64,000 nucleotides of DNA from Dehalococcoidia bacterium (lineage in GTDB: Bacteria > Chloroflexota > Dehalococcoidia > Lucifugimonadales > UBA3495): assembly GCA_965203975.1 (NCBI GenBank), contig CBDBDT010000001.1:438880-502879 (forward strand). Reading direction: 5' to 3'. Of this stretch, positions 9,110 through 19,102 are shown one piece after another. The notes under the pieces are model-generated. The model made no database searches. It had not been told where the DNA came from and worked only from the letters and a program-made list of their open reading frames with translations. Position numbers and translations under genes: made by a program. Each line of letters begins with the position of its first letter. Positions within the stretch are counted from its first letter, which is position 1.

Positions 9110-9138
9110 GCCCCAGCCCGGAGGGTCCGGGCTGGGGC
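9110..9138 (+). promoter_or_regulatory. Intercistronic 13-bp perfect hairpin between SBP2 and the permease gene
   Basis: The stem gccccagcccgga/tccgggctggggc encloses a ggg loop, and a tgttttc tract lies about 10 nt downstream. It could be a partial terminator or an mRNA stabiliser. Confidence 0.5.
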
Positions 9139-9170
9139 ATCAGTGATTGTTTTCGCTTCGGGGATAAGCT

Positions 9171-10088
9171 ATGCAGCGATACATATTCATCAGGATAGGA
9201 CAGGCGGCGATCACATTGGTGATCCTGAGCCTGGCGGTGTTTCTGAGCGTGCACCTGACCGGGGACCCCGCGCTGTACCTGCTGGGACCGGAGGCCACGG
9301 AGGCGGACTACGAGCAGATGAAGAAGAACATGGGGCTGGACCGGCCCCTGCCGGTGCAGTACGCCAGCTTCCTGGGCAACGTGGTGCAGGCGGACTTCGG
9401 GATGTCCCACATTCGCGGGGTGCCGGCCCGGGACATCCTGCTGCAGCGGCTGCCGGCCACGCTGCAGCTGGCGGGAGTGGCCTTCATCCTGACCATAATA
9501 GTGGGGATTCCCCTGGGGATTCTGTCGGCCATCAAGCGGGACTCCATCTTCGACCAGATCGGCAAGTTCTTCGCGGTGGTGGGCATCGCGGCGCCCAGCT
9601 TCTGGATCGCCATCATGCTGATCCTCTTGTTCGGGGCCATTCTGGGGTGGCTGCCGACCTACGGGCGGGGCGGGATCGAGCACTTCATCCTGCCGGCCTT
9701 CGTGCTGTCTTGGCACAGCATGGCTGGGGTGCTGCGGCTGGCCCGGTCCAGCATGCTGGAGGTGATGGACAGCGAGTACGTCAAGTTCGCCCGGATCAAG
9801 GGATTGTCGGAGCGGATGGTCATCTTCAAGCACGCCATGAAGAACTCGGTGATCCCGGTGCTGACCTTCTCCGGGCTGACCCTGGCGGGTCTGCTGAACG
9901 GGTCGGTGGCGATTGAGGTGGTGTTCGCGTGGCCTGGGATTGGGCGGCTGATGCTGGAGGGGATCAAGAGCCGGGACTTCCCGGTGGTGCAGGCCACGGT
10001 GCTGGCGGCTGGGTTCTTCTACATTGCGACGGCGCTGATCGTCGACATCACCTACGCCTACGTCAACCCCCGGATCAGGTACGATTAG
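9171..10088 (+). CDS. ABC transporter permease (DppB/OppB-like)
   Basis: 305 aa and hydrophobic, with the N-terminus MQRYIFIRIGQAAITLVILSLAVF and the C-terminus YAYVNPRIRYD typical of DppB-type permeases. Confidence 0.9.
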   Translation: MQRYIFIRIGQAAITLVILSLAVFLSVHLTGDPALYLLGPEATEADYEQMKKNMGLDRPLPVQYASFLGNVVQADFGMSHIRGVPARDILLQRLPATLQLAGVAFILTIIVGIPLGILSAIKRDSIFDQIGKFFAVVGIAAPSFWIAIMLILLFGAILGWLPTYGRGGIEHFILPAFVLSWHSMAGVLRLARSSMLEVMDSEYVKFARIKGLSERMVIFKHAMKNSVIPVLTFSGLTLAGLLNGSVAIEVVFAWPGIGRLMLEGIKSRDFPVVQATVLAAGFFYIATALIVDITYAYVNPRIRYD

Positions 10089-10128
10089 CAGGTACGACTA
10101 ACCGGCACGACTAAAGAGGAGGGTACCC

Positions 10129-11016
10129 GTGGCTAGTACAGCTACACTGGCGACCGGCAGAGGCAGAATCGAACAGATACTGGCGCTCCCCAGAAGGGCG
10201 AGACAGGCGCGGCTGCCCTGGTTCCCGCTGGCGATCATGACGGTGCTGCTGGTGTGCGCCCTGTTTGCGCCGCTGCTGGCCCCCCATGACCCCACCGAGA
10301 TCAAGATGCTGGACTCGCACCTGGCGCCTGGGGACAATCCGGCCTACCCGCTGGGCACGGACATCATGGGCCGGGACATGCTGAGCCGGCTGATCTACGG
10401 GGCCAGGACGGCCCTGTTCATCAGCCTGATCGCCTTGGGGACCGGAGCGTTTGTGGGGACCGTGCTGGGGCTGGTGGCGGGCTTCAAGACGGGCTGGGTG
10501 GACCACCTGATCATGCGGACGTCGGACGCGGCGCTGGGGTTTCCGACGATCCTGGTGGCGATGATCATCGTGACGATACTGGGAGCTGGGATCGAGAACA
10601 TCATCCTGGCGGTGGCGCTGACGGTGTGGGCGCGGTTTGCGCGGATGATCCGTGGTGACGTGCTGGCGATCAAGGAGCTGGACTTCGTGACCTTTGCCCG
10701 GATAGCGGGACTGTCGATGCCGGTGATCATCATCCGGCACATCTTCCCCAACACGGTGAACACGCTGATGGTGATCACCAGCCTGCAGATCGGGCAGGTG
10801 ATCCTGCTGGAGGCGTCATTGAGCTTCCTGGGGCTGGGGCTGCCGCCCGGGGACCCGGCCTGGGGGATCATGGTGGCGGAGGGGAGGGACGTGATCCTGG
10901 ACGTGTGGTGGCTGGCCCTGTTCCCGGGCCTGGCCATCACCGTGGTGGTGCTGGCCTTCAACTTCTTCGGGGACTGGATGCGCGACACCCTGGACCCCAA
11001 ACTGCGGCGGGTCTAG
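10129..11016 (+). CDS. ABC transporter permease (DppC/OppC-like)
   Basis: It has a GTG start with a GAGGAGG RBS, PLGTDIMGRDMLSRLIYGAR, and a C-terminal FGDWMRDTLDPKLR. Confidence 0.9.
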   Translation: MASTATLATGRGRIEQILALPRRARQARLPWFPLAIMTVLLVCALFAPLLAPHDPTEIKMLDSHLAPGDNPAYPLGTDIMGRDMLSRLIYGARTALFISLIALGTGAFVGTVLGLVAGFKTGWVDHLIMRTSDAALGFPTILVAMIIVTILGAGIENIILAVALTVWARFARMIRGDVLAIKELDFVTFARIAGLSMPVIIIRHIFPNTVNTLMVITSLQIGQVILLEASLSFLGLGLPPGDPAWGIMVAEGRDVILDVWWLALFPGLAITVVVLAFNFFGDWMRDTLDPKLRRV

Positions 11017-11037
11017 GACAGGGTCAATAGCAACGAA

Positions 11038-11071
11038 ATCTGGCGGCATGGAGCCATCCATGCCGCCAGAT
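11038..11071. terminator. Hairpin between convergent genes (14-bp perfect stem)
   Basis: The stem atctggcggcatgg/ccatgccgccagat has a 6-nt loop and is followed by TAATCTTTCC. It sits between the permease (+) and the LLM oxidoreductase (-). Confidence 0.55.
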
Positions 11072-11148
11072 TAATCTTTCCCCGATCCGCCGCCAAGCGG
11101 GGATTCACACCGGGTACAGAAATCCCTCAGCGCTGGCGGCGGATTCCC

Positions 11149-12159
11149 TCAGCTGCAGGCTGGTATGACCTTCTCCCCGAACAGCCGGATCGCCGCCATT
11201 ATCTTCTCGTGGGGAGGGCCCCCCGAGTGGGCGTGACGCAGCCGCAGCAGGAAGTAGTCCGTGCCCACGTCCTCGCTCCAGCGCTGGAAGTCCGCCACGC
11301 ATTCCTCCGGATCCCCTAGTATCAGGCGATCCGGTCCCAGGTTGTCCAGGGTGATCTCGTCCTCCGAGCCGATGCTGCGGAACTCCGACAGGCCGTTGCG
11401 CCAGTAGTACCTGTAGGCCGTCATAACCTCAGGGCCATAGACACCCTCTGCCTCGGCGCGGGTCTCAGCCACCCAGGCGTCCCGCATCAGGGCCACCATC
11501 GGCTCCCGTCCGGCGTTCACGGCCGCCTCCCGGTAGGCGTCCACCAACTCGATGGTGCTGCCCAGATCGGTGCTGGGTCCGGCCACGAATCCGTCGGCCA
11601 TGCGGCCAGCCCGACGGGCTCCGGGAGGAGTGCTGGCCCCGATCCACAGGGGAGGAGCGGGCTGCTGAAAGGGACTGGGCCGGATGTGGAGGTTTTCCAG
11701 TTGGTGGAACTCGCCGTGAAAGGAGAAGGGATCCCCGCTCCAGCAATGGCGGATAACCTCCACCCCCTCTTCGAACCGGCCCACCCGCTGGCGCACCGGC
11801 ACCTCGAAGGCGCGGAAATCCGCCTCCTGGTATCCCAGGCCCACGCCCAGGATGATCCTGCCCTTGGACACCAGATCCAGGGTGATCACGTCCTCGGCCA
11901 GATGCACCGGGTTGTGGAGGGGCAGCAGGATGACCGATGTGCCCACGTTCAGGGTAGTGGTCTGGGCAGCCACCGCCGTGGCCACGATCAGCGGTGACGG
12001 CAGGAACCCGTCTTTGTCCTGGTGGTGCTCGCCAAAGAAACATGAGTCGAAACCCACTTCCTCGGCCAGCTTGGCTTCGGCGACAACCTCGTCGATCCGC
12101 TGATCCAGACGCTCTCCCCTGGGCGGGTCGGCAATAGAACTGTAAATCCCAAATTTCAT
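11149..12159 (-). CDS. Luciferase-like (LLM class) flavin/F420-dependent oxidoreductase
   Basis: It has MKFGIYSS...FDSCFFGEHH...LLPLHNPVHLAEDVITLDLVSKGRIILGVGLGY and an AGGAG RBS. Confidence 0.85.
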   Translation of the reverse strand: MKFGIYSSIADPPRGERLDQRIDEVVAEAKLAEEVGFDSCFFGEHHQDKDGFLPSPLIVATAVAAQTTTLNVGTSVILLPLHNPVHLAEDVITLDLVSKGRIILGVGLGYQEADFRAFEVPVRQRVGRFEEGVEVIRHCWSGDPFSFHGEFHQLENLHIRPSPFQQPAPPLWIGASTPPGARRAGRMADGFVAGPSTDLGSTIELVDAYREAAVNAGREPMVALMRDAWVAETRAEAEGVYGPEVMTAYRYYWRNGLSEFRSIGSEDEITLDNLGPDRLILGDPEECVADFQRWSEDVGTDYFLLRLRHAHSGGPPHEKIMAAIRLFGEKVIPACS

Positions 12160-12596
12160 ACTGTCTCCTTCAATCTTGCCAAGTATGAAAGTAATTCCCC
12201 ACCCGGCGCGACAAACCCGTCATCCGCCGTACCTGGCAGACAACATCACCCCTGCGAAGCACGGCACAGTCGAGAGTCTGCACATCTCCCAACTAAGCCT
12301 CCAAGTTCGTCAACCGGTAGTGTGGCTAACGGGGAATGGTTCTGCAAGTCCGAGTATTTCCTGTGGCCCTGCAGTATTGATCCAACGGATGCGTCCCTCC
12401 CCGCCAGGTTGCTCTTTCACGGGGCTTGTGCCGCGTCCACCCGCGGGTTTAAGCTTGCCCTCTTGTCACGACACTTGGAACCCACCTTCTCAACATACTC
12501 CGGCGCCGAAGGGTATATCCCCCAACCAGCGTCCGCCCAGGTGAAGGGCAGCCGTCCTTCCTGGCCGGCGCAGATCTTCAAGGAGCAGGTGCTGCC

Positions 12597-15500
12597 ATGA
12601 CGACCAACGAAACGGAGCAGGTCCGACCCGAGGTTGTTTCTCTTCCCGAGGAGCTGCTGGGAGCGGTGCGGTGGCGCTGCATCGGTCCACCCAGGGGAGG
12701 ACGGGTGGTGGCGGTCGCCGGTGATCCCGCCGACCCGATGGTGTTCTACTTCGGAGCCTGCGCCGGCGGCGTGTGGAAGACCAACGATGGTGGGACCTAC
12801 TGGGAGAATGTCTCCGACGGCTACTTCAACACCGCCTCGGTGGGGGCCATCGCCGTCGCTCCGTCCGACCCCAACGTGATTTACGCCGGTATGGGGGAGT
12901 CCTCCATCCGCGGGGACGTAACATACGGGGATGGAGTGTACCGCTCCACGAACGGAGGCCGGTCCTGGACCAACGTGGGCCTGTCCGATGCCCGTCACAT
13001 CGCCCGGGTGCGGGTACACCCCGCCGACCCTGATCTAGTGTACGTGGCAGCCCTGGGACACGCCTACGGTCCCAACGAGGAGCGGGGCGTGTTCCGTTCC
13101 AGGGACGGAGGGAACAATTGGGAGCGGGTACTGTTCCGCAGCGAAAACGCCGGGGCGGTGGATCTGTCCCTGGATCCGAACAACCCCCGCGTCCTCTACG
13201 CGGCGATCTGGGAAACCCGGCGGACACCCTGGAGCCTCGTCAGCGGCGGAACGGGAAGCGGCATCTTCAAGTCGGTGGACGGGGGCGACTCCTGGACCGA
13301 AATTACCGACAACCCCGGCCTGCCCGGCGGCCTCAAGGGACGCATCGGTGTCGCGGTATCTCCGGCCAAGACGGGCCGGGTGTGGGCCACCATCGAAGCC
13401 GAGGACTGCGGTGTGTACCGCTCCGAGGACGGGGGCGATACCTGGGAGTTGGTCAGCGACAACCGGGACCTGCAGGGACGGCCCTGGTACTACCAGCACA
13501 TCTTCGCCGACCCCCAGGACCCGGACACGGTGTGGATCCTCAACTACCAGTGCTGGAAGTCGGTGGACGGGGGACGCAACTTCAACCGGGTTACCACGCC
13601 CCACGGCGACGACCATGACCTGTGGATCGACCCCAGCAATACCCGGCGGATGATCGAAGGCAACGATGGGGGAGCCTGCGTCACCTTCAATGGAGGAGAG
13701 AGCTGGTCCAGCATCTACAACCAGCTCACCGCCCAGTTTTATCACGTGGACACGGACAACCAGTTTCCCCACCGGGTGTACGGCACCCAGCAGGACAACA
13801 CCGCTATCAGCGTGCCCTCTCGCACTCACAAGGGGGCCATCCCCTGGGGTGATTGCTACGTCGTGGGAAACTCGGAAAGCGGCCACATTGCCGTTCATCC
13901 CGATGATCCCAACACCGTCATCTCCGGGGCCATTGGAAGCTCGGCGGGCGGCGGCGGCAATCTGCTGCACTACGACCATTCGACGGGGCAGGTGCGGATA
14001 ATTACGGTGTGGCCGGAGCTGAACACGGGATGGGGGGCCAGGGACATGAAGTACCGCTTCCAGTGGACCTTTCCCATTCTGTTCTCGCCCCACGATCCGC
14101 AGACCCTGTACGTGGCCGGCAACCAGGTGTTCCGCTCCACGGACCTGGGCGGCAGCTGGGAAGCCATCAGCCCCGACCTGACACGCCACGACCCGGAGAC
14201 CCTGGAACCCTCGGGGGGCCCGATAACCAGGGACACCTCAGGCGCCGAGACCTATGCCACCATCTTCGCCTTCGTTGAATCTCCCAACGAGGAGGGCGTC
14301 TTCTGGGCCGGCTCCGACGATGGGCTGGTCCACCTGTCCCGGGATGGAGGGGCCACGTGGTACCCTGTAACCCCCCCCGACCTGCCGGAATGGACCCTCA
14401 TCAGCATGATCGAGGTCTCACCCCATGATCCCGCCACGGCCTACCTGGCCGCCACCCGTTACAAGCTGGACGACACCCGTCCCATGCTCTTCAGGACCAC
14501 CGATTACGGCCAGTCCTGGGCTTCAATAACCGAAGGCATCCCTCAGGATGACTATACCCGAGTGGTGCGGGAGGACCCCGTTCGACCGGGCCTGCTGTAC
14601 GCCGGCACCGAGACCGGCGTGTATGTGTCCTTCGACCAGGGGGAGTCGTGGCAACCGCTGCAGGCCAATCTGCCGGTGGTCCCAGTGTATGACCTGGTGA
14701 TCAAGGACAACAACCTGATTGCCGCCACCCACGGGCGGTCCTTCTGGGTCCTGGACGACCTCAGCCAACCGCGGCAGCTCTTTTCATCCATGGCGGAACA
14801 GTCGTTCCACCTATTGCAGCCTCAGGATACGTACCGGGTCAGGACGCCCTTCCGCGAGCGGAAACCCACCGTCGGCAAGAGCTACCGCGCTGGGCTGGGC
14901 GCCGATGTTACCTACAGCGAGTCACTTGGGAAGCATGGTGAGATCGTGCGTCAGCTGTGGGATGCGGGAGAGAACCCGCCCGATGGGGTGATGGTCCACT
15001 ACTATCTGAAGGAAACCCCTGAGGAGTTGACTCTGGACATCCTCGACGAGAACGGGAAGACCATAAGGAGCTTTTCCAGCAACCATCCGGAACCGGAAGC
15101 GGATCCTCCGGAACCGAGGGTGCCTGCCGAGATAGGAATGAACCGCTTCGTCTGGAACATGCGGTACCCGGCAGCCCAGGGGGTGCCGGAAGACAAGAGT
15201 ACCGAGGACTCCCTGGTGGGACCACTGGCACCGCCGGGAACCTACCAGGTGACGCTCCGGGTCGGCGACGAATCCCAGACCCGGACTTTCCACATAGTCA
15301 AAGATCCCCGGGCTGCGGCCCGCCAAGAAGATCTGGAGGCCCAGTTCCAGTTCCTGATCCAAGTCCGCGACAAGGTGTCGGAGACCCACGCTGGGATCAA
15401 CCGGCTGCGGCGGGTCCGGCAGCAGGTAGAACAGTGGGTGAGCCGGGCCCAGGGTCACCCATCGGAAGGGACGGTGGCCGACGCCGGGGAGGCGGTCAAG

Positions 15501-15782
15501 GAGAAATTGAAGCAGGTTGAAGACCAGTTGATCCAGTCCGAGTACCGGGGGGCCCGGGACCGGCTCCACCTGCCGGTGCGGCTCAATCGCAAGTTGGCGG
15601 AACTCTCCGCCGTTGCCGCCAACGCCGACTTCGCCCCTACTGAGCAGGCTTCCCAGGTCTTCGAACACCTCTCCACCGAAATAGACCGGCAATTGGCCGC
15701 TCTGCAACAAGTTGTGGATGACGACGTTTCCCAATTCGTCGGCTTGGTTAAGGACCTGGACATCCCTGCCATCGTTCCATAA
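12597..15782 (+). CDS. BNR/Asp-box repeat protein, sortilin/VPS10- or GH74-like double beta-propeller
   Basis: It has at least 10 Asp-box motifs (for example TNDGGTYW, STNGGRSW, SRDGGNNW, SVDGGDSW, SEDGGDTW, STDLGGSW, SRDGGATW, TTDYGQSW, SFDQGESW). It is 1061 aa with no obvious signal peptide. Confidence 0.8.
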   Translation: MTTNETEQVRPEVVSLPEELLGAVRWRCIGPPRGGRVVAVAGDPADPMVFYFGACAGGVWKTNDGGTYWENVSDGYFNTASVGAIAVAPSDPNVIYAGMGESSIRGDVTYGDGVYRSTNGGRSWTNVGLSDARHIARVRVHPADPDLVYVAALGHAYGPNEERGVFRSRDGGNNWERVLFRSENAGAVDLSLDPNNPRVLYAAIWETRRTPWSLVSGGTGSGIFKSVDGGDSWTEITDNPGLPGGLKGRIGVAVSPAKTGRVWATIEAEDCGVYRSEDGGDTWELVSDNRDLQGRPWYYQHIFADPQDPDTVWILNYQCWKSVDGGRNFNRVTTPHGDDHDLWIDPSNTRRMIEGNDGGACVTFNGGESWSSIYNQLTAQFYHVDTDNQFPHRVYGTQQDNTAISVPSRTHKGAIPWGDCYVVGNSESGHIAVHPDDPNTVISGAIGSSAGGGGNLLHYDHSTGQVRIITVWPELNTGWGARDMKYRFQWTFPILFSPHDPQTLYVAGNQVFRSTDLGGSWEAISPDLTRHDPETLEPSGGPITRDTSGAETYATIFAFVESPNEEGVFWAGSDDGLVHLSRDGGATWYPVTPPDLPEWTLISMIEVSPHDPATAYLAATRYKLDDTRPMLFRTTDYGQSWASITEGIPQDDYTRVVREDPVRPGLLYAGTETGVYVSFDQGESWQPLQANLPVVPVYDLVIKDNNLIAATHGRSFWVLDDLSQPRQLFSSMAEQSFHLLQPQDTYRVRTPFRERKPTVGKSYRAGLGADVTYSESLGKHGEIVRQLWDAGENPPDGVMVHYYLKETPEELTLDILDENGKTIRSFSSNHPEPEADPPEPRVPAEIGMNRFVWNMRYPAAQGVPEDKSTEDSLVGPLAPPGTYQVTLRVGDESQTRTFHIVKDPRAAARQEDLEAQFQFLIQVRDKVSETHAGINRLRRVRQQVEQWVSRAQGHPSEGTVADAGEAVKEKLKQVEDQLIQSEYRGARDRLHLPVRLNRKLAELSAVAANADFAPTEQASQVFEHLSTEIDRQLAALQQVVDDDVSQFVGLVKDLDIPAIVP

Positions 15783-15875
15783 AAGAATACAGGCACGGAA
15801 CAATCCCCGGAGGCAGCGTTCGGCCTGCTCCAGGAAACCAGGGAAGGACTCCATAAAAGGAGGGGAATCCGGGTT

Positions 15876-16805
15876 ATGCGAATCGGACTGTTTGTGGGCG
15901 CCCTGGAACTCATGCGGGACGTGGCTGAGCGCCTGCGCCGCATTTCCGACGCTGAGAGAGACGGGTTCGACAGCTACTGGCTCCCCCAGCACTTCGGGGC
16001 CGACATGCTCACCGTCATCGCCATGGCGGGAATGCAGACCCAACGCATCGAGCTGGGCACCGCCGTCGTACCCACCTACCCGCGCCATCCGGTGGCGCTG
16101 GCCCAGCAGGCCCTGACCGCCCAGGTGGCCGTAGGCGGACGTCTCACCCTGGGCATCGGAGTTTCTCACCGCTCGACCATCGAGGAGTGGCTGGGAATTC
16201 CCTACGCCCATCCGGCCCGGCACATCGAGGAATATCTCTCCGTCCTGCGTCCCCTGTTGCGGGAGAGCGGCGTGGACTTCCAGGGGAGGGAGTTTCGGGT
16301 AGCCGCCGAACTGCAGATCCCGGACGCGGACATGGTAAGTTGTCCGGTGGTGATGGCGGCACTGGGTCCCCGCATGCTGGAGATTGCCGGCCGCCTCGCC
16401 GACGGCACGGTCACCTGGATGACCGGTTTCAACACCCTGCGGGACCACGTAATCCCGCGCCTGCAGGAGTCAGCGGCGGCGGCCGGGAATCCCTCGCCCC
16501 GGGTCTGCGCGGGGTTCCCCATAGCGGTCACCGACCGCCCCGACCGGGCTCGGGCCCGGGCCGACCGGCTCTTCCAGCACTACGCCGCCCTCCCCAGCTA
16601 CCGCGCCATGCTGGAACGCGAAGGGGCCGAAGGACCCGGCGACATTGCCATCGTGGGCAGCGAGGAAGCGGTGGAGGAGCAGCTGAGGCGCCTCGGAGAG
16701 ATGGGCGCCACCGACTTGCTGGCCACCATCTTCCCGGTTGACGGGTCGCAGACCTCGGTCACCAGGACCAGGGCGTTCTTGAGGAGCCTGGTCGGGAGGA
16801 TTTAG
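15876..16805 (+). CDS. LLM class F420-dependent oxidoreductase-like protein
   Basis: It has MRIGLFVGA..., FDSYWLPQHF and LTLGIGVSH, with an AAGGAGG RBS. Confidence 0.8.
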   Translation: MRIGLFVGALELMRDVAERLRRISDAERDGFDSYWLPQHFGADMLTVIAMAGMQTQRIELGTAVVPTYPRHPVALAQQALTAQVAVGGRLTLGIGVSHRSTIEEWLGIPYAHPARHIEEYLSVLRPLLRESGVDFQGREFRVAAELQIPDADMVSCPVVMAALGPRMLEIAGRLADGTVTWMTGFNTLRDHVIPRLQESAAAAGNPSPRVCAGFPIAVTDRPDRARARADRLFQHYAALPSYRAMLEREGAEGPGDIAIVGSEEAVEEQLRRLGEMGATDLLATIFPVDGSQTSVTRTRAFLRSLVGRI

Positions 16806-16861
16806 CTCCCCGGCCTCGCATGCCCGCCACACCTCCAAAGTCGGTATGCGATAAGGCAGGT

Positions 16862-18133
16862 ATGAAGAACAGCGAGTCCGACCCCTCGGCAGGACGGCGG
16901 CATGGGGAATGGCTTTGGGAGTTCGCCAGCGCACGCGGGATGAGCCGTCGCCAGTTCCTGCAACTGATGATGGCGGGTGGCGCCTCGGCGATCATCGCAG
17001 CCTGCGGCGGCACCCCTCAACTGGTGGAGACGCCTCAACCGGTCGCCACGCAGTCCGGTCCCAGCTCAGTCTCGACGTCCCCCTGGTTCAAGAACCCGGG
17101 GCCATTCATCAAGCACGGCGACAAGGGACTGGAGGCCCGGTTGGAGAACATGCAGGGCCTCATCACACCCAACCGTCTCTTTTTCGTTCGCAACAACTCC
17201 GCCAGCCTGGGCCTGGACCTGTCGGACTGGAGACTCGTCGTAGAGGGAGATGCGGTGGCGGAACCATTGGAGTTGACTTACGGCGATATCAGGAGCCTGC
17301 CCAGCCGCACGTTGACGTCGTACTTGGAGTGCGCTGGCAATCACCGTGCCATGTTCGATCTAGTGAAGGGACAGAAAGCGTCCGGCACGCAGTGGATGAC
17401 CGGAGCCATAAGCAACGGCGAATGGGCCGGGGCAGGTCTGAGGGACGTGCTGACTCTGGCCGGAATCCATGCCAGCGCGGTCAGCGTGCTGCTGGTCGGA
17501 CTGGACACTGAGTCGCCCGAAGAGGGGTTTCGTTACGTGCTGCCGGTGGAAAAGGCGATGCACCCGGACACGCTGCTGGCCTACGGGCTCAACGGCGAGA
17601 CCCTGCCCAGAGACCACGGCTTCCCCCTGCGGGCGGTCGTGCCCGGCTGGGTGGGCAGCGCCAACATCAAGTGGCTTGGGCGCATCGTGGTGTCCTCCCA
17701 GCCGATGTGGACGCGCAACAACACTACCTCCTACGTCCTCATGGGTGACCAGTACCCGCCACAGGGGGAGTCTCAGGGCCAGCCTGTTACAATCCAGGCG
17801 ATAAAAAGCGCGCTCGCTCTACCCTGGCCAGCCGAACTTTCCGCAGGCCGCCGCCGTATCCAGGGGTACGCCCAGTCCCCGACAGGCCCCATCTCACGCG
17901 TAGAATGGAGCGCGGACTCGGGCCGCACCTGGACCGACGCGGATCTGCCGGGACGACAGCCTGACTATTCATGGGCCCGGTTCGAGTTCCTTTGGGACGC
18001 GGAGCCGGGCCAGCACGCCATCATGACCCGCGCCACCGACGTTGCGGGCAATACCCAACCCGACGAAGTTCCCTTCAATGAGAAGGGATATCTTTTCAAC
18101 CAGCCGGTGCCCCATCCGGTAAACGTGACATAG
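16862..18133 (+). CDS. Sulfite-oxidase-family molybdopterin oxidoreductase with a Tat/lipoprotein-type signal
   Basis: It has a twin-arginine motif SRRQFLQLMMAGGASAIIAAC|GG and a Mo-ligand cysteine context YLECAGNHR. The start is uncertain (16820, 16862 or 16940). Confidence 0.8.
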   Translation: MKNSESDPSAGRRHGEWLWEFASARGMSRRQFLQLMMAGGASAIIAACGGTPQLVETPQPVATQSGPSSVSTSPWFKNPGPFIKHGDKGLEARLENMQGLITPNRLFFVRNNSASLGLDLSDWRLVVEGDAVAEPLELTYGDIRSLPSRTLTSYLECAGNHRAMFDLVKGQKASGTQWMTGAISNGEWAGAGLRDVLTLAGIHASAVSVLLVGLDTESPEEGFRYVLPVEKAMHPDTLLAYGLNGETLPRDHGFPLRAVVPGWVGSANIKWLGRIVVSSQPMWTRNNTTSYVLMGDQYPPQGESQGQPVTIQAIKSALALPWPAELSAGRRRIQGYAQSPTGPISRVEWSADSGRTWTDADLPGRQPDYSWARFEFLWDAEPGQHAIMTRATDVAGNTQPDEVPFNEKGYLFNQPVPHPVNVT

Positions 18134-18235
18134 ACCCAATAGCCGGTGCTCTATGACCGCATCGTGCCCTTCGAGCCCTGCGAGGACGGGTTCGGGATAA
18201 TACGGGACCCCCAGACGGCAAAGCACAGACCTTTG

Positions 18236-18478
18236 TTACCGGCGACGGCTGGTTCTTCTACAAACTGGCGACCAACCTGGCCTAGTTGTAGTCGTCGTTC
18301 CGGTGGGGCGCACTTCGGCGCTGCCCTTCCCGTCCCAGACCCGTTCCAGCAGGTGCTCCTAGTTCAAAACCCGCTCGGCGTTGGCGGCAAGCTCCATCAG
18401 CATCCCGTACTCAAAGGCCACTGTACGTTCCGGTTCACCAGCCTCGCGGCACGAACCCGGCACCTGCCAGTCCTCTAA
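18236..18478 (-). pseudogene. Fragment resembling an OmpR-type winged-helix DNA-binding domain, with an in-frame TAG
   Basis: The frame reads ...TVAFEYGMLMELAANAERVLN*EHLLERVWDGKG, which resembles the LT..EF.LL..L..N.GRV.SR..LLE.VWG pattern. The TAG is at 18359-18361. There is no receiver domain and no start codon. Confidence 0.3.
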
Positions 18479-18972
18479 TTCCCCGAGGGAAAGCGCCAGC
18501 GCGTGGCATCCTCGAAGAACACCTTCCAGGCAAACGCGACGGAAGGCTCGAACACCAGCACATCCTGGCTTTCGTAGTCATCGGGCGATTGGCCGTGGCT
18601 CTCGTCGTACTTGGCGCGGGACATCTCGAAGAGGCGTTCCGCGAGCGCCCGGTCGGAACGTATCACCCTGACGGTCCCGTGGAGTATGACCGCGCTTTCA
18701 CCATCCTCCAGGTTCACGCAGGCCCGAGGATTCCGCTCCAGGTTGCGGCGCCAAACTACTTCGGGGGCTCCCCCGAAGTAGAGCCGGTCGTCGAGCCAGA
18801 AGCCATCTACGGGCCGGGTGTGCGGCGAGCCCCCCGGCGTAACGGTGGACAGCCAGTAGCGGCTGGCATCGGCCAGCCGGCCGGCGACATACGACCAGGG
18901 CAGAAGCCCCTCGGGATCAGCGGGGACGCCGTAGTCCTCCGGCAGTTGCGGGCGGGCGGCGACCGGTTCCAT
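18475..18972 (-). CDS. Pyridoxamine 5'-phosphate oxidase-like (FMN/F420-binding split-barrel) protein
   Basis: The start MEPVAARPQL has an AGGAGG RBS. The motifs WLSTVTPGGSPHTRPV and AVILHGTV are typical of the PNPOx-like fold. The ORF-track 5' extension was rejected. Confidence 0.75.
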   Translation of the reverse strand: MEPVAARPQLPEDYGVPADPEGLLPWSYVAGRLADASRYWLSTVTPGGSPHTRPVDGFWLDDRLYFGGAPEVVWRRNLERNPRACVNLEDGESAVILHGTVRVIRSDRALAERLFEMSRAKYDESHGQSPDDYESQDVLVFEPSVAFAWKVFFEDATRWRFPSGN

Positions 18973-19102
18973 GTCTGCCTCCTTTGGATGGCGGGGTTCG
19001 TCGGCCCGAGCAGGTTGATGGGTGTGCCGACTCGCCCTCGTCTCTGGCCGCGGCGGCAAAGGCGACGAGCGTCGTGCCACATCCAGCCCTTTCCCATCCC
19101 AG

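Noticed and set aside
14922-16448. A 508-aa ORF on the - strand
   Set aside because: It is antisense to the 3' end of the BNR gene and to the F420-type oxidoreductase. It has low-complexity, high-GC shadow composition.
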